Below are positions 1 to 11,257 of a stretch of DNA of 64,000 bases, one piece after another (the stretch's first letter is position 1; the number at the start of each line of letters is the position of its first letter). The notes beneath the pieces are model-generated. The model saw only the letters and a list, made by a program, of their open reading frames with translations. It was not told the origin of the DNA and made no database searches. The DNA lies in contig JAICRU010000003.1 in NCBI GenBank assembly GCA_025937235.1, positions 2,119 through 66,118 of the forward strand. The letters are read 5' to 3'. The translations under genes were made by a program, and so were the position numbers. This stretch comes from Acidimicrobiia bacterium (lineage in GTDB: Bacteria; Actinomycetota; Acidimicrobiia; Spongiisociales; ZC4RG35).

Positions 1-1312
<1,312 letters not shown>

Positions 1313-1369
1313 ACGAGACAACCGTGCCAGAGCCTCGACATGAGTGCATAGGGCCTAAGTGCCCGTGTT

Positions 1370-1390
1370 GGATCCCGACTCAGGGGATCC
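1370..1390. repeat. Perfect 7-bp inverted repeat GGATCCC-n7-GGGATCC in the divergent acs-like/sulP intergenic region (possible operator)
   Basis: Read directly from sequence. No function shown. Confidence 0.2.
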
Positions 1391-1548
1391 TGTAAGGCGT
1401 CCTGAGCACGGAAGCCGATGGCGGCTCGTCGCGGATGGCCCTGCGCGTGATCGGTGTGCCATTCCCCGACCAGTGGGATCGATGCCGGCCGAACAGCGAC
1501 GGCAGGTCGCCGCTCGGTAGCTTTTCGCTCGTCTAGGAGGAGAAAGGC

Positions 1549-3237
1549 TTGGCTGTGCGCGCCCCGATGCTCGACGGGATACCGATCGTGTCGACTCTTC
1601 GGGGGTATGACAAGAGCTCGGTCAGACCCGACCTTGTGGCCGGCATCGTGCTCGCCACCATGCTCGTGCCTCAGGGAATGGCCTATGCCGAAGTGACCGG
1701 GCTGCCCGCAGTGACCGGCATCTACACGACGATCGCCGCCCTCGTGGCTTATGCGGTGTTTGGCCCCAACCGACGTCTCGTGCTCGGGCCCGACTCGTCT
1801 CTGGCGCCCGTCATCGCCGCGGTGATCCTCCCTCTCGCGGTGGACGTCGATAACGCCATTGCGCTTGCGTCAGCGATGAGCCTGCTCGCCGGGCTCATCT
1901 GCGTGGTTTCCGGATATCTCAACCTGGGCGTCCTCACCGAGCTTCTGTCCAAGCCGATCCGGATCGGGTACCTCAACGGCATCGCGATCTTGATCTTTCT
2001 CTCCCAGGTCCCCAAGGCCATGGGTTTCGAAGTCGAAGTCGAGTCGTCCTTCGAGCTACTGACGGCGACCATCACGGCAATACTGGACTCACAGGTGAGC
2101 GGGCCCGCCCTGGCCCTGACCGTGGCAGGCGTCATTGTCGTCTTCCTGGTCAATCGGACCAGCCGTTGGCGCCCCGGGATCGTCGTCGCTGCGGTCGGCT
2201 CCATCGTGGCCGTCAGTCTCTTCGATCTGGCGGTGGAGGTGGTGGGTGCGATCCCTACCGGTCTGCCACCTCTCACACTTCCCCAGGTGGGCCTCGACGT
2301 GCTCCCATCTCTGGGTTGGGGCGCGGTGGCAGTGGCCCTGGTCTCCTTCGCCGACTCCGGTGCCCTATCGGCGGCGATGGCTCAGAAGTCGGGGGAGGGG
2401 ATAGACCCCAACGGAGAGATCAAGGCACTGGGCGCGGCAGATCTGCTGGCGGGCCTGTTTCAGGGCTTTGCCTCGAGCGCCAGCTCATCCCGCACCGCGG
2501 TTGCGCTCGCGGTGGGATCCAGGACCCAGGTCGCCGGGCTCGTGGCCGCGCTGGGGGTCGTTCTCATCATGGTGCTGACGCCGGGCCTGGTCTCCGGGAT
2601 GCCTCAGCCCACCCTCGCCGCCATCGTGATCTCTGCCTCGTTTGCACTTTTCGACGCGAAGGGCTGGGCCTGGCTGCTCAGGGTGCGACGCTCGGAGTTC
2701 TTCCTGTCACTGGCTACCACGCTCGCGGTCCTCCTCCTCGGGGTGCTGGAGGGCATCGGTGTCGCCATCCTCCTCTCGCTGGCCAATTTCGTTCGTATCC
2801 AATGGCGCCCCCACAGCACCGAATTGGGCGAGGTGCCGGGAGTGCCGGGTTACCACGACCTGGAGCGCCATCCCGAGGCGCGGTTGATCGAGCGCTTACT
2901 GATCGTCCGCTACGACGCCCCGTTGTTCTTCGCCAATGCTCCCGATTTCGCCCGCCGGCTCGCGGACATGCTGACGAACGCAGATCGGCCCATCGAGAGG
3001 GTCCTGGTGGTGGGTAACCCAATCACCGACATCGACAGCACCGGAGCCGAGGTCCTCACCGGGGTCATCGATGATCTGGATCGAAGGGATGTCGCGTTCG
3101 CCTTTGCCGGCCTCAAAGGCCCGGTGAAGGACCGCCTTCGCCTATACGGTCTGTATGACCGGATCGGCGAGGAGAACTTCTACCCCAACACCATCTCTGG
3201 AGTGGAGGCGCACCTTCGGCGTTCGGGTGGGGCTTGA
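1549..3237 (+). CDS. SulP-family anion (sulfate/bicarbonate-type) permease with C-terminal STAS domain
   Basis: 562-aa track ORF. Multi-TM core (DLVAGIVLATMLVPQGMAYAEVTGLPAVTGIYTT) plus a STAS-like tail (LIVRYDAPLFFANAPDF...ITDIDSTGAEVL). AGGAGG lies just upstream. The start is uncertain among TTG1549, GTG1555 and ATG1567. Confidence 0.9.
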   Translation: MAVRAPMLDGIPIVSTLRGYDKSSVRPDLVAGIVLATMLVPQGMAYAEVTGLPAVTGIYTTIAALVAYAVFGPNRRLVLGPDSSLAPVIAAVILPLAVDVDNAIALASAMSLLAGLICVVSGYLNLGVLTELLSKPIRIGYLNGIAILIFLSQVPKAMGFEVEVESSFELLTATITAILDSQVSGPALALTVAGVIVVFLVNRTSRWRPGIVVAAVGSIVAVSLFDLAVEVVGAIPTGLPPLTLPQVGLDVLPSLGWGAVAVALVSFADSGALSAAMAQKSGEGIDPNGEIKALGAADLLAGLFQGFASSASSSRTAVALAVGSRTQVAGLVAALGVVLIMVLTPGLVSGMPQPTLAAIVISASFALFDAKGWAWLLRVRRSEFFLSLATTLAVLLLGVLEGIGVAILLSLANFVRIQWRPHSTELGEVPGVPGYHDLERHPEARLIERLLIVRYDAPLFFANAPDFARRLADMLTNADRPIERVLVVGNPITDIDSTGAEVLTGVIDDLDRRDVAFAFAGLKGPVKDRLRLYGLYDRIGEENFYPNTISGVEAHLRRSGGA

Positions 3238-3287
3238 CGCCGGTGCCGCAGCTGGTCGTGTCGACAGCCCTAAAGGAGGAGAGCGTC

Positions 3288-4484
3288 TCATAGGATGCGC
3301 CCGGCGACCCTTGACTCACTCGCAAGCCATCCGAGCCAGAACGAGGCGAGGATGCCGAGGCCGAAGACGCCGAGGAACTTCAGCTCGGCCGGGACGCCGA
3401 CATCTCTCAGGGCTATGGCGAACAGGATGGTGAGAGGGGCGTGCACGAGATAAGCACCGAACGAAGCGCGCCCGAGACCACGCACCAGCGTGCCTGAACG
3501 ATTACGGCGGTGACGGAACCAGTCGATGGCCCACAGAGACATGCCCAGGGCCAGGGTTGCTTCGATGAGCGGTATCAGCGTTGCCTCGATTCGAAACCCT
3601 CCGAGGAAAGGCTCGGGGTCTTCGGTCATCGCGAGACCAACACCGAGGATCACGGCCAGCACGACACCCACGGCGGCGGCCCGCCCGCAGACACGTCGCG
3701 TCTGCGGTCTCAGCCCACTGGTCAGCCAGCCGCGCTCCGAGGCGAGGACACCAAGCGCAAAGAGGGCGCACATCTGGGGGTACTCCCACAGGTTCAACGT
3801 CCACGCCACGTCACCGCTGAGGACCGGGAACTCGAGGCGGACGATGAACGACGCCACGGCGATGAAGACGCCCGCCTTCACCAGGTCGCCGGGTCGTAGC
3901 GGGGTGAGGCGAACGGTGGGCATTGGATGTCGCCAGCGCCAGGCGGCATATGTCAGAGAGAACGCCAGCAGAGCGGCCATGAACCAGGCCACTCCGAGCT
4001 CGACGTCGTCCCAATAGGTGCGTCGGAAATAGTCGGCGACCGTTTCCCCCTGGCCCATCGCCCGATCGCCGAAGAAATTCATCGCCGGATTGATCAGGAG
4101 GAGGTAGGCGACCGTGGGGACGCCGAGGCGCCACAACCGGTCGATGGCGAAGCGACGGGCACCCTTGCGCCCGAGAGCCGCAGGGGTGAAGAACCCTGCC
4201 ACGAAGAACAGGAGCCCCATGCCGAACAACAGGCCGGGCGAGAAGACACCGGCGAGGATGGCCTTGGCGACCTCACTGGCGGTTCGCTCCTCGTAGTACC
4301 ACCCAACATCGAGGGCGTAGATCAGGCTGACATGCGAGCCGATCACCCCCACGATTATCGCCACCCGCAGGTTGTCGATCCAGGCCTCACGATGGACGGC
4401 CTCCTCGGTGAGAGCGGAGCTACTCGATGCCGCGGTAGACATGATTCGATCGTGTCCCGACCGGAGGAGAACCGCTAGAGGCAA
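3288..4484 (-). CDS. Membrane acyltransferase family 3 (OafA/OpgC-like)
   Basis: 398 aa, about 10 predicted TM helices, N-terminal WIDNLRVAIIVGVIGSHV motif. The start could be the internal MSTAAS. Confidence 0.75.
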   Translation of the reverse strand: MPLAVLLRSGHDRIMSTAASSSSALTEEAVHREAWIDNLRVAIIVGVIGSHVSLIYALDVGWYYEERTASEVAKAILAGVFSPGLLFGMGLLFFVAGFFTPAALGRKGARRFAIDRLWRLGVPTVAYLLLINPAMNFFGDRAMGQGETVADYFRRTYWDDVELGVAWFMAALLAFSLTYAAWRWRHPMPTVRLTPLRPGDLVKAGVFIAVASFIVRLEFPVLSGDVAWTLNLWEYPQMCALFALGVLASERGWLTSGLRPQTRRVCGRAAAVGVVLAVILGVGLAMTEDPEPFLGGFRIEATLIPLIEATLALGMSLWAIDWFRHRRNRSGTLVRGLGRASFGAYLVHAPLTILFAIALRDVGVPAELKFLGVFGLGILASFWLGWLASESRVAGRIL

Positions 4485-4703
4485 TCGTCACTCACTCGAG
4501 CCTTGCGGATGTGGTGGAGAGACGAGCCCAGCTGCCTATTTCATCGAGTCGATGACGCCGTCACGTCAGGAGGAGGCTCCCGATCCAACATCGTCGGCGT
4601 CTCAACGGCGCCCGTGGCATTGATGAAACATGCCGGCCCGAGTCCTGGCTGATCGGGACCAACGCCCCTGTTCGGAGATCGCTTAACGCCGAACGATTGT
4701 GGC

Positions 4704-5642
4704 ATGAGACCGATGATGCGGTCGCTCTGCCTGTTCGCCGCGGTGACGCTGGTGCTGTCGAGCTGCGGATCGGAGGGCGGGGATTCGACCACGACGACCG
4801 ACGAGGTGACCACTACCACGGTGGCGCCGACAACGAGCACCACCGAAGCACCAACCACCACTTTCACGGAACCGTCCACCACAACCACCACAGCACCGGT
4901 GGCCGCGGGGATCGCCGCCTACTTCCTCCTGGAGGAGCTCGAGGAGGGCGCCGGCGGCCCCTTCCTAGTGCCCGTCTATCGGCCGGCTTCGGCCGAACCC
5001 GACCTCGCCACGGCCTCGATGGAGGCCTTGGTCGCCGGACCATCAGAGGACGAGACTGTGGGTACCCCCTCGATTTCCACGGCCATACCCGAAGGCACCT
5101 CGGTTCTCGGCGTCGAGGTCGAGAATGGGCGGGCAGCCGTCGACCTCAGCGACGAGTTCGACGACGGAGGTGGATCGTTCTCGATGTTCGCCAGGCTGGC
5201 CCAGGTCGTCTACACCCTCACCCGAGTCGATGGTGTCGACGAGGTCGAGTTCACGATCGAGGGGCAGCCGGTGACCGTCTTCTCGGGGGAGGGAATCGAG
5301 CTCGACGGGCCACAGGAACGCGCCGACTACTACGACCAACTGCCCCCGATCTTCGTCGATTCTCCGGCGTGGGGGGAGCCGGTCATCAGCCCCGTCCACG
5401 TGAGTGGTCTGAGCAACGTGTTCGAAGCCGTGTCCCAGGTGATGCTCACCGACGATGACGGCCTGACACTGTTCGAAGACACGGTGATGGCCTCATGTGG
5501 GACCGGCTGTTGGGGGCAATGGGAGGTCGACATCCCGTTCACCATCGACAGAGAGCAGTTCGGCTCGTTGATCGTTTGGGAGATCTCGGCCGAGGATGGG
5601 AGCCGCATCAACATCCGGGAGTACCCGGTGCAACTCCGCTGA
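4704..5642 (+). CDS. Lipoprotein with GerMN and Gmad2-like immunoglobulin domains
   Basis: Lipobox LVLSSC|GS followed by a Thr-rich linker. GerMN-like ALVAGPSEDE...AAVDLSDEF...VYTLTRVDGVDEVEF. Gmad2-like PVHVSGLSNVFEA...ISAEDGS. Confidence 0.75.
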   Translation: MRPMMRSLCLFAAVTLVLSSCGSEGGDSTTTTDEVTTTTVAPTTSTTEAPTTTFTEPSTTTTTAPVAAGIAAYFLLEELEEGAGGPFLVPVYRPASAEPDLATASMEALVAGPSEDETVGTPSISTAIPEGTSVLGVEVENGRAAVDLSDEFDDGGGSFSMFARLAQVVYTLTRVDGVDEVEFTIEGQPVTVFSGEGIELDGPQERADYYDQLPPIFVDSPAWGEPVISPVHVSGLSNVFEAVSQVMLTDDDGLTLFEDTVMASCGTGCWGQWEVDIPFTIDREQFGSLIVWEISAEDGSRINIREYPVQLR

Positions 5643-5656
5643 CCAAGGGGCGCGTG

Positions 5657-8092
5657 ATGGGACAAGCAAGTCGCTACGTGAAGTGGTTCGGCGAGCTCGG
5701 TATCGGAGACGTCGCCGAAGTGGGAGGCAAGAATGCCTCTCTTGGTGAGTTGTACCGCGAGCTCACCCCCCTGGGCGTCAACGTTCCCGATGGCTTCGCG
5801 GTCACCGCCGACGCGTATCGAGAAACGCTGACTGCATCGGGTGCCTGGGACTCACTGAGAGAGGTCCTCGCCGGCGTAGACAAGACCGACGTGGCCGATC
5901 TGGCCACACGGGCTCGCCGCGCCCGGGAAATCGTGTACGAGTCCCCGCTTCCTGACGACGTCCGCACGCAGATCGTCGATGCCTACCGTCGCCTGGAGGG
6001 GGTGTACGGGCACGACCTGAGCGTGGCGATCCGGTCCTCGGCGACCGCCGAGGACCTCCCCACCGCGAGCTTCGCCGGGCAACACGAGACTTTCCTCAAC
6101 GTCCACGGCTCCGAGAGGGTGCTGGAGGCCTGTCGCCGTTGCTTCGCCTCCATCTTCACCGACCGAGCGATTTCTTACCGGATCGACAAGGGATTCGATC
6201 ATCTGAGCATCGGCCTCTCAGTCGGAGTGATGAAGATGGTGAGGTCGGACCTTGCGTCTAGTGGTGTGCTGTTCACACTCGATACAGAATCGGGATTTCG
6301 AGACGTCGTCTTCATAACGGGCGCCTATGGACTGGGTGAGAACGTCGTGCAGGGGGTGGTCGACCCGGATGAGTTCTACGTGCACAAGCCGACGTACCTG
6401 CAGGGTCATCGAGCCGTATTGCGGCGCAACATGGGGCGAAAGCAGATCCGGATGGTCTATGCCCAGGGCCGCGGCGGTCAGACCACGGCGAACGTGCCCA
6501 CCCCTGACATCGACCGTGGGCGGTTCTGCCTGACCGATGACGAGGTTCTCACGCTTGCGGGATACGGGATCGAGGTCGAGCGTCATTACAGCGAGAAGGC
6601 CGGACATCCCATGCCCATGGACATCGAGTGGGCGAAGGACGGCATCGACGGTCAGCTCTATCTCGTCCAGGCTCGACCGGAGACCGTCGCGTCTCAGAAG
6701 GAGACGACGACCCTGCGGCACTATCGGGTACATCCATCGAGCGATCCCTTGGTGGCGGGACGCGCCGTCGGCAGCGCCGTCGCGAAGGGCCCGGTGCGGG
6801 TGATCAAGTCGACCGCTCAACTCTCGGAGTTCAAGCCCGGAGAGGTGTTGGTGGCCGACACCACGACCCCCGACTGGGAGCCGGTGATGAAGACCGCGGC
6901 GGCCATCGTCACCAACCGAGGCGGGCGGACCTGTCATGCCGCAATCGTGGCCCGCGAATTGGGAATCGCCGCAGTCGTGGGTGCCGAGCACGCCACCGAA
7001 ATCCTGGCTTCCGAGTCGACTGTCAGCGTGTCGTGCGCTCAGGGGGACATCGGATTCGTCTACGCAGGCGAGATCCCGACCGAGATCATCGAGCTCGATC
7101 AAGCCGATGTGCCCCGGACCAACACAGACATCATGCTCAATCTGGGGAATCCGGATCTCGCCTTTGGCCTGGCGTCATTGCCCGCCGACGGTGTCGGCCT
7201 GGCGCGCATGGAGTTCATCATCTCGGAATCGATCCGGGCCCATCCCATGGCCCTGCTCGATCCACAAGCCGTCGAGGATGCCGACGAGCGCAGCGCGATC
7301 CTCGAGATGATCGGCCACACCGACGGAGCCGACTTCTTCGTCCAGCGTCTGTCAGAGGGCGTGGGCACGATCGCGGCGGCGTTCTATCCCAGACCGGTCG
7401 TCGTCCGCATGTCGGACTTCAAGACCAACGAGTACGCCAGCCTCCTCGGCGGCCGTACCTTCGAGCCGGTGGAGGCCAACCCGATGTTGGGCTTCCGGGG
7501 TGCTTCCCGTTATGCGCACCCTGCCTATCGGGATGGCTTCGCCCTGGAGTGCAGAGCGATGAGGCGGGCGCGCAACGAGATGGGTCTCATCAACATCAAG
7601 TTGATGATCCCGTTCTGCCGAAGGGTGGAAGAAGGAGAGCGGGTCCTGGAGGTGATGGCCGAGAACGGTCTGCGCCGTGGCGAGAACGGGTTGGAGGTCT
7701 ATGTCATGTGCGAGATCCCCAACAACGTGGTCCAGGTCGAGGCCTTCGCCCGGATCTTCGACGGGTTCTCCATCGGCTCCAACGACCTGACCCAGCTCGT
7801 CTTGGGAGTCGACCGCGATTCGGAGTTGGTGGCGTTCGACTTCGACGAACGCGATGAGGGTGTGGTCGAGATGTTGCGGCAGGCCATCGTCGGCGCGCAC
7901 CGCAGCGGCCGGCACGTGGGGATCTGCGGGCAGGGACCGTCGGACTTCCCCGACTTGGCCGAACGTCTCGTCGAGTTCGGAATCGATTCGATGAGTCTCA
8001 ACCCCGACACGGTCGTGGGCACCAGGCAAATCGTTGCCAGGGTCGAGTCGCGAATGGAGGAGTCGGGTCTCGTCGTGCCGGCAGGCCGGTGA
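5657..8092 (+). CDS. ppsA: Phosphoenolpyruvate synthase (pyruvate, water dikinase)
   Basis: MGQASRYVKWFGELGIGDVAEVGGKNASLGELY N-terminus, phosphohistidine loop GGRTCHAAIVARELG, C-terminal PEP-utilising TIM domain. The track ORF starts at 5495, but its first 54 aa are non-homologous and overlap the upstream gene. Confidence 0.93.
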   Translation: MGQASRYVKWFGELGIGDVAEVGGKNASLGELYRELTPLGVNVPDGFAVTADAYRETLTASGAWDSLREVLAGVDKTDVADLATRARRAREIVYESPLPDDVRTQIVDAYRRLEGVYGHDLSVAIRSSATAEDLPTASFAGQHETFLNVHGSERVLEACRRCFASIFTDRAISYRIDKGFDHLSIGLSVGVMKMVRSDLASSGVLFTLDTESGFRDVVFITGAYGLGENVVQGVVDPDEFYVHKPTYLQGHRAVLRRNMGRKQIRMVYAQGRGGQTTANVPTPDIDRGRFCLTDDEVLTLAGYGIEVERHYSEKAGHPMPMDIEWAKDGIDGQLYLVQARPETVASQKETTTLRHYRVHPSSDPLVAGRAVGSAVAKGPVRVIKSTAQLSEFKPGEVLVADTTTPDWEPVMKTAAAIVTNRGGRTCHAAIVARELGIAAVVGAEHATEILASESTVSVSCAQGDIGFVYAGEIPTEIIELDQADVPRTNTDIMLNLGNPDLAFGLASLPADGVGLARMEFIISESIRAHPMALLDPQAVEDADERSAILEMIGHTDGADFFVQRLSEGVGTIAAAFYPRPVVVRMSDFKTNEYASLLGGRTFEPVEANPMLGFRGASRYAHPAYRDGFALECRAMRRARNEMGLINIKLMIPFCRRVEEGERVLEVMAENGLRRGENGLEVYVMCEIPNNVVQVEAFARIFDGFSIGSNDLTQLVLGVDRDSELVAFDFDERDEGVVEMLRQAIVGAHRSGRHVGICGQGPSDFPDLAERLVEFGIDSMSLNPDTVVGTRQIVARVESRMEESGLVVPAGR

Positions 8093-10668
8093 GCCCTGCC
8101 GACCCGATCCCGCCACGCCCCTCGGGGCTGACGACGTCGGAGGCGACGGCCCGGCTCGAGACATATGGCCAGAATCGGTTGCCGATCGTCCGCGGGCCCG
8201 GTGTCTGGCGGCAGCTCGCCGGTCAGCTCTTCCACTTCTTTGCCTTACTCCTGTGGGTCGCCGGTGGGCTCGCCTTCGTTGCCGGTCTGCCTGAGCTCGG
8301 GTTCGCGATCTTCGGGGTGATCCTCCTCAATGGTCTCTTTGCCTTCATCCAGGAGCACCGGGCCGAAAGAGCGGGGGAGCGGCTCCGGGAGATAGTGCCC
8401 CGACGGGCAACCGTCGTCCGCGACGGGCAGCACCGCGAGATCGAAGCCGTCGACCTGGTCCCCGGCGATCTGGTTGTCCTCGCCGGGGGTGATCGGGTCA
8501 GCGCCGACATGACTGCAGTGGAGGCCCATTCCCTGCGGATCGATGAGTCGATCCTGACGGGAGAGAGCGTCGCCGTCGACAAGGGTCGTGGTGATGCCAT
8601 CTATTCGGGCACGTTCGTCGTGGAGGGCGAGGGGTTGGCCGTCATCGATGCCACTGCTGCAGCGACGAGGCTGGCATCGGTCGCCGCCCTGACCACCCAG
8701 GTGCGACGTCATGTCACGCCTCTGGCCCGTGAGATCCGTCGGCTGGTCCGAACCACGACCTTGATCGCGGTGGGCGTGGGGGTCGCCTTCGTGGTCGCCA
8801 GCGCGGCTCTCGGGTTCGATCTCCAGTCGGGGTTGGTCTTCGGCGTCGGTGTGATGGTGGCGCTGGTCCCCGAGGCGCTGCTACCCACCGTGACCCTGTC
8901 GCTGGCGATCGGGGCCCAGCGGATGGCGGCGCGCCATGCTCTGATTCGGCGTCTGGAAGCCGTCGAGACGCTCGGATCGACCACATTCCTGTGCACCGAC
9001 AAGACGGGCACCCTGACCCAGAATCGGATGGCTGTGGTCGAGGTCTGGACTCCCCTGGGGACGGCAAAGATCACGGGCATCGGGTACGAGCCCGAAGGCG
9101 AGGTGTCGGCGCCCTCCTCAGATGTCGAGGCCTCGGTTCGCGATGTCGCCGTCGCCGCGCGGCGCTGTTCGACCGGGCAGGCCGTCCTGGAGGGCTCGGC
9201 CTGGGTCGCGGTTGGTGACCCGATGGAGGCCGCCATCGACGCCTTCGCGCGTAGAGCCGGTGCTGCCGTCGACCAGGCGATGACTCTCGATCGAGAGACT
9301 TCGAGGTTTCCCTTCGATGCGCGCCGGAGGCGAATGTCGGTGATGACTGCGAAGCGGGTCTACGTGAAGGGGGCTCCTGACGCCGTGTTCCCCGTCTGTG
9401 TAAACGCATCCCAGCTCGCGTTTCGGGCGGTCGAGGCCATGTCGAGTCGTGGGTTGCGGGTGCTTGCCGTCGCCACCGGGCAGGTGCCGGCCGAGGCGGG
9501 GTCGGAGGCGAGCTCGGTTGAGAGGGACCTCGAGCTCGCCGGTCTGATCGGGCTCGAGGACCCGCCGCGACCGTCTGCCGCCGCCTCTGTGGCGGCATGC
9601 CGCGCCGCGGGCGTCCATATCGCCCTGGTGACCGGCGATCACCCGTCAACCGCCAAAGCCATCGCGGACGAGGTCGGGATCTATCTGCCCGGGGCACCGG
9701 TCCTGACCGGGAGAAATCTGCCAGACGACGATGCTTTGCTCGCAGCCCTGGTGGATCGGGATGGAGCGGTGATCAGCCGGGTCACACCCGAGGACAAACT
9801 CCGGATCGCCGGCGCCTTGCGGAGCAGGGGTCATGTTGTGGCCATGACCGGCGATGGCGTCAACGATGGCCCGGCCCTTCGCGAGGCGGACATCGGTGTG
9901 GCCATGGGTGCCAGTGGGACTGACGTGGCCCGGGAGGCCGCGGACGTCGTGTTGCTCGATGACGACCTGGCAACGATCGTTGCCGCCATCGGCCAGGGCC
10001 GGGCCACTTTCATCAACGCCCGCCGATTCCTGACCTACCACCTGACCGACAATGTCGCCGAGATCACGCCCTTCCTGATCTGGGCACTCTCCGGGAACCG
10101 GATCCCGCTCGCCCTCGGGGTGCTCCAGATCCTTGCTCTCGACCTCGGGACGGACACGATGTCGGCCACGGCCCTGGGCGCCGAGCCGTCACATCGCGAT
10201 GTGTCCGAGCAGCCTCCGAGTCGCGGACGGCTTCTCGACCGCAAGGTCGCCTTCCGCGCTTTCGGCCTACTCGGCCCGGTGGAGGCCGCCGCTGAGATGG
10301 CGGCATTCTTCGCCGTGTTTCTGGCTGCGGGCTGGCGTCCAGGTGAGAGCTTCCCGGAGAGCGCTTTGGCTTCGGCTTCGGGTGCTGCTTTTGCCACCGT
10401 CGTCCTGGCGCAGACCGCAAACGCCTTTGCCTGCCGCAGCACGACTCGACCGGCATGGCGTCTCCCGTTCCTGAGCAACAAGCTCCTCATCGGTGCCGCA
10501 CTCATCGAGCTGGCGATCGCCGCCGCCTTCTTGTTCGTCCCAGCCGTTGCCGAGGTCCTGGGCCACGTGTCTCCGCCGGGCGCTGGCTGGGTGATCGCCC
10601 TGGCATCGATCCCACTGTTGCTCGGGGCGGACGCGATGCACAAAGCGCTCAGACGATCGGGGCGATGA
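8089..10668 (+). CDS. Cation-translocating P-type ATPase (type II-like)
   Basis: LTGES actuator motif, DKTGTLTQNRM phosphorylation site, TGDGVNDGPALREADIGVAMG hinge, C-terminal TM bundle. The GTG start overlaps the ppsA stop (GTGA). Confidence 0.92.
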   Translation: MSPADPIPPRPSGLTTSEATARLETYGQNRLPIVRGPGVWRQLAGQLFHFFALLLWVAGGLAFVAGLPELGFAIFGVILLNGLFAFIQEHRAERAGERLREIVPRRATVVRDGQHREIEAVDLVPGDLVVLAGGDRVSADMTAVEAHSLRIDESILTGESVAVDKGRGDAIYSGTFVVEGEGLAVIDATAAATRLASVAALTTQVRRHVTPLAREIRRLVRTTTLIAVGVGVAFVVASAALGFDLQSGLVFGVGVMVALVPEALLPTVTLSLAIGAQRMAARHALIRRLEAVETLGSTTFLCTDKTGTLTQNRMAVVEVWTPLGTAKITGIGYEPEGEVSAPSSDVEASVRDVAVAARRCSTGQAVLEGSAWVAVGDPMEAAIDAFARRAGAAVDQAMTLDRETSRFPFDARRRRMSVMTAKRVYVKGAPDAVFPVCVNASQLAFRAVEAMSSRGLRVLAVATGQVPAEAGSEASSVERDLELAGLIGLEDPPRPSAAASVAACRAAGVHIALVTGDHPSTAKAIADEVGIYLPGAPVLTGRNLPDDDALLAALVDRDGAVISRVTPEDKLRIAGALRSRGHVVAMTGDGVNDGPALREADIGVAMGASGTDVAREAADVVLLDDDLATIVAAIGQGRATFINARRFLTYHLTDNVAEITPFLIWALSGNRIPLALGVLQILALDLGTDTMSATALGAEPSHRDVSEQPPSRGRLLDRKVAFRAFGLLGPVEAAAEMAAFFAVFLAAGWRPGESFPESALASASGAAFATVVLAQTANAFACRSTTRPAWRLPFLSNKLLIGAALIELAIAAAFLFVPAVAEVLGHVSPPGAGWVIALASIPLLLGADAMHKALRRSGR

Positions 10669-10718
10669 GGCGCGGACAAGTGACCGCCTCAGCCACGCAC
10701 ATGGCAGATTGCCGAGAA

Positions 10719-10775
10719 GGCGACTCCGGGTCGCCACTGATGCAAAACCGGGGCTCTCGTAGAGAGCCCCGGTTT
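10719..10775. terminator. Tandem hairpins between convergent genes; the second is a bidirectional rho-independent terminator
   Basis: First hairpin: GGCGAC-TCCGG-GTCGCC (10719..10735). Second: AAAA-CCGGGGCTCTC-GTA-GAGAGCCCCGG-TTT (10744..10775), an 11-bp perfect stem flanked by an A-run and a T-run. Confidence 0.6.
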
Positions 10776-10786
10776 AAATCGGGCGT

Positions 10787-11131
10787 CTAGATGATCAGAA
10801 TGACGGCGAATGCGATGGCGCCACCTAGGGCAGCCAGCGCCAGCACCGTGCTGACCACCACGGGGACCGTGTACTCGTGGTCCGCGAGGTAGGTCGTCCG
10901 AGCGAATCGCCCGAATGCGGCTGCGAACAGGAGACCGGCCGCGATGAACATGCCGAAGTACCAACCCTCAGCAAGCCCGCCGAGGAACCAGTCGGTAGGG
11001 ACGTAGTACATCCACGCCCCCACTCCTGCCGCCAACACAGCTGCGATCCCCAGAACCATCTCGGTCAGGTAGGACCGCCGCGTCGGCATTCGGGTGACCT
11101 CCGTCATCGGCCTCTCACGAAGAGCTGTCAC
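10787..11131 (-). CDS. Small integral membrane protein, unknown function
   Basis: Three hydrophobic helices (VLGIAAVLAAGVGAW, GMFIAAGLLFAAAF, VVVSTVLALAALGGAIAFAVILII). AAGGAGGTGATC lies 8 nt before the GTG at 11131. The track start at 11140 sits inside that SD. Confidence 0.6.
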   Translation of the reverse strand: MTALRERPMTEVTRMPTRRSYLTEMVLGIAAVLAAGVGAWMYYVPTDWFLGGLAEGWYFGMFIAAGLLFAAAFGRFARTTYLADHEYTVPVVVSTVLALAALGGAIAFAVILII

Positions 11132-11257
11132 GAAGATCACCTCCTTCCTGGAGACCCGCGGGGGTCTTCCATCTTGATGATCGTGGAACTGTCATCCACC
11201 GGCTAGAGGCTTAGGACCCTCTCCTTCGTCGTCGAGGCCGGCGGTGAGATCACGGGC

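Noticed and set aside
8089-8092. The ppsA / P-type ATPase GTGA overlap as a sign of a functional module
   Set aside because: Four-nt stop/start overlaps are common throughout this window. I know of no biochemical link between PEP synthase and a cation pump, so this is treated as simple operon packing.
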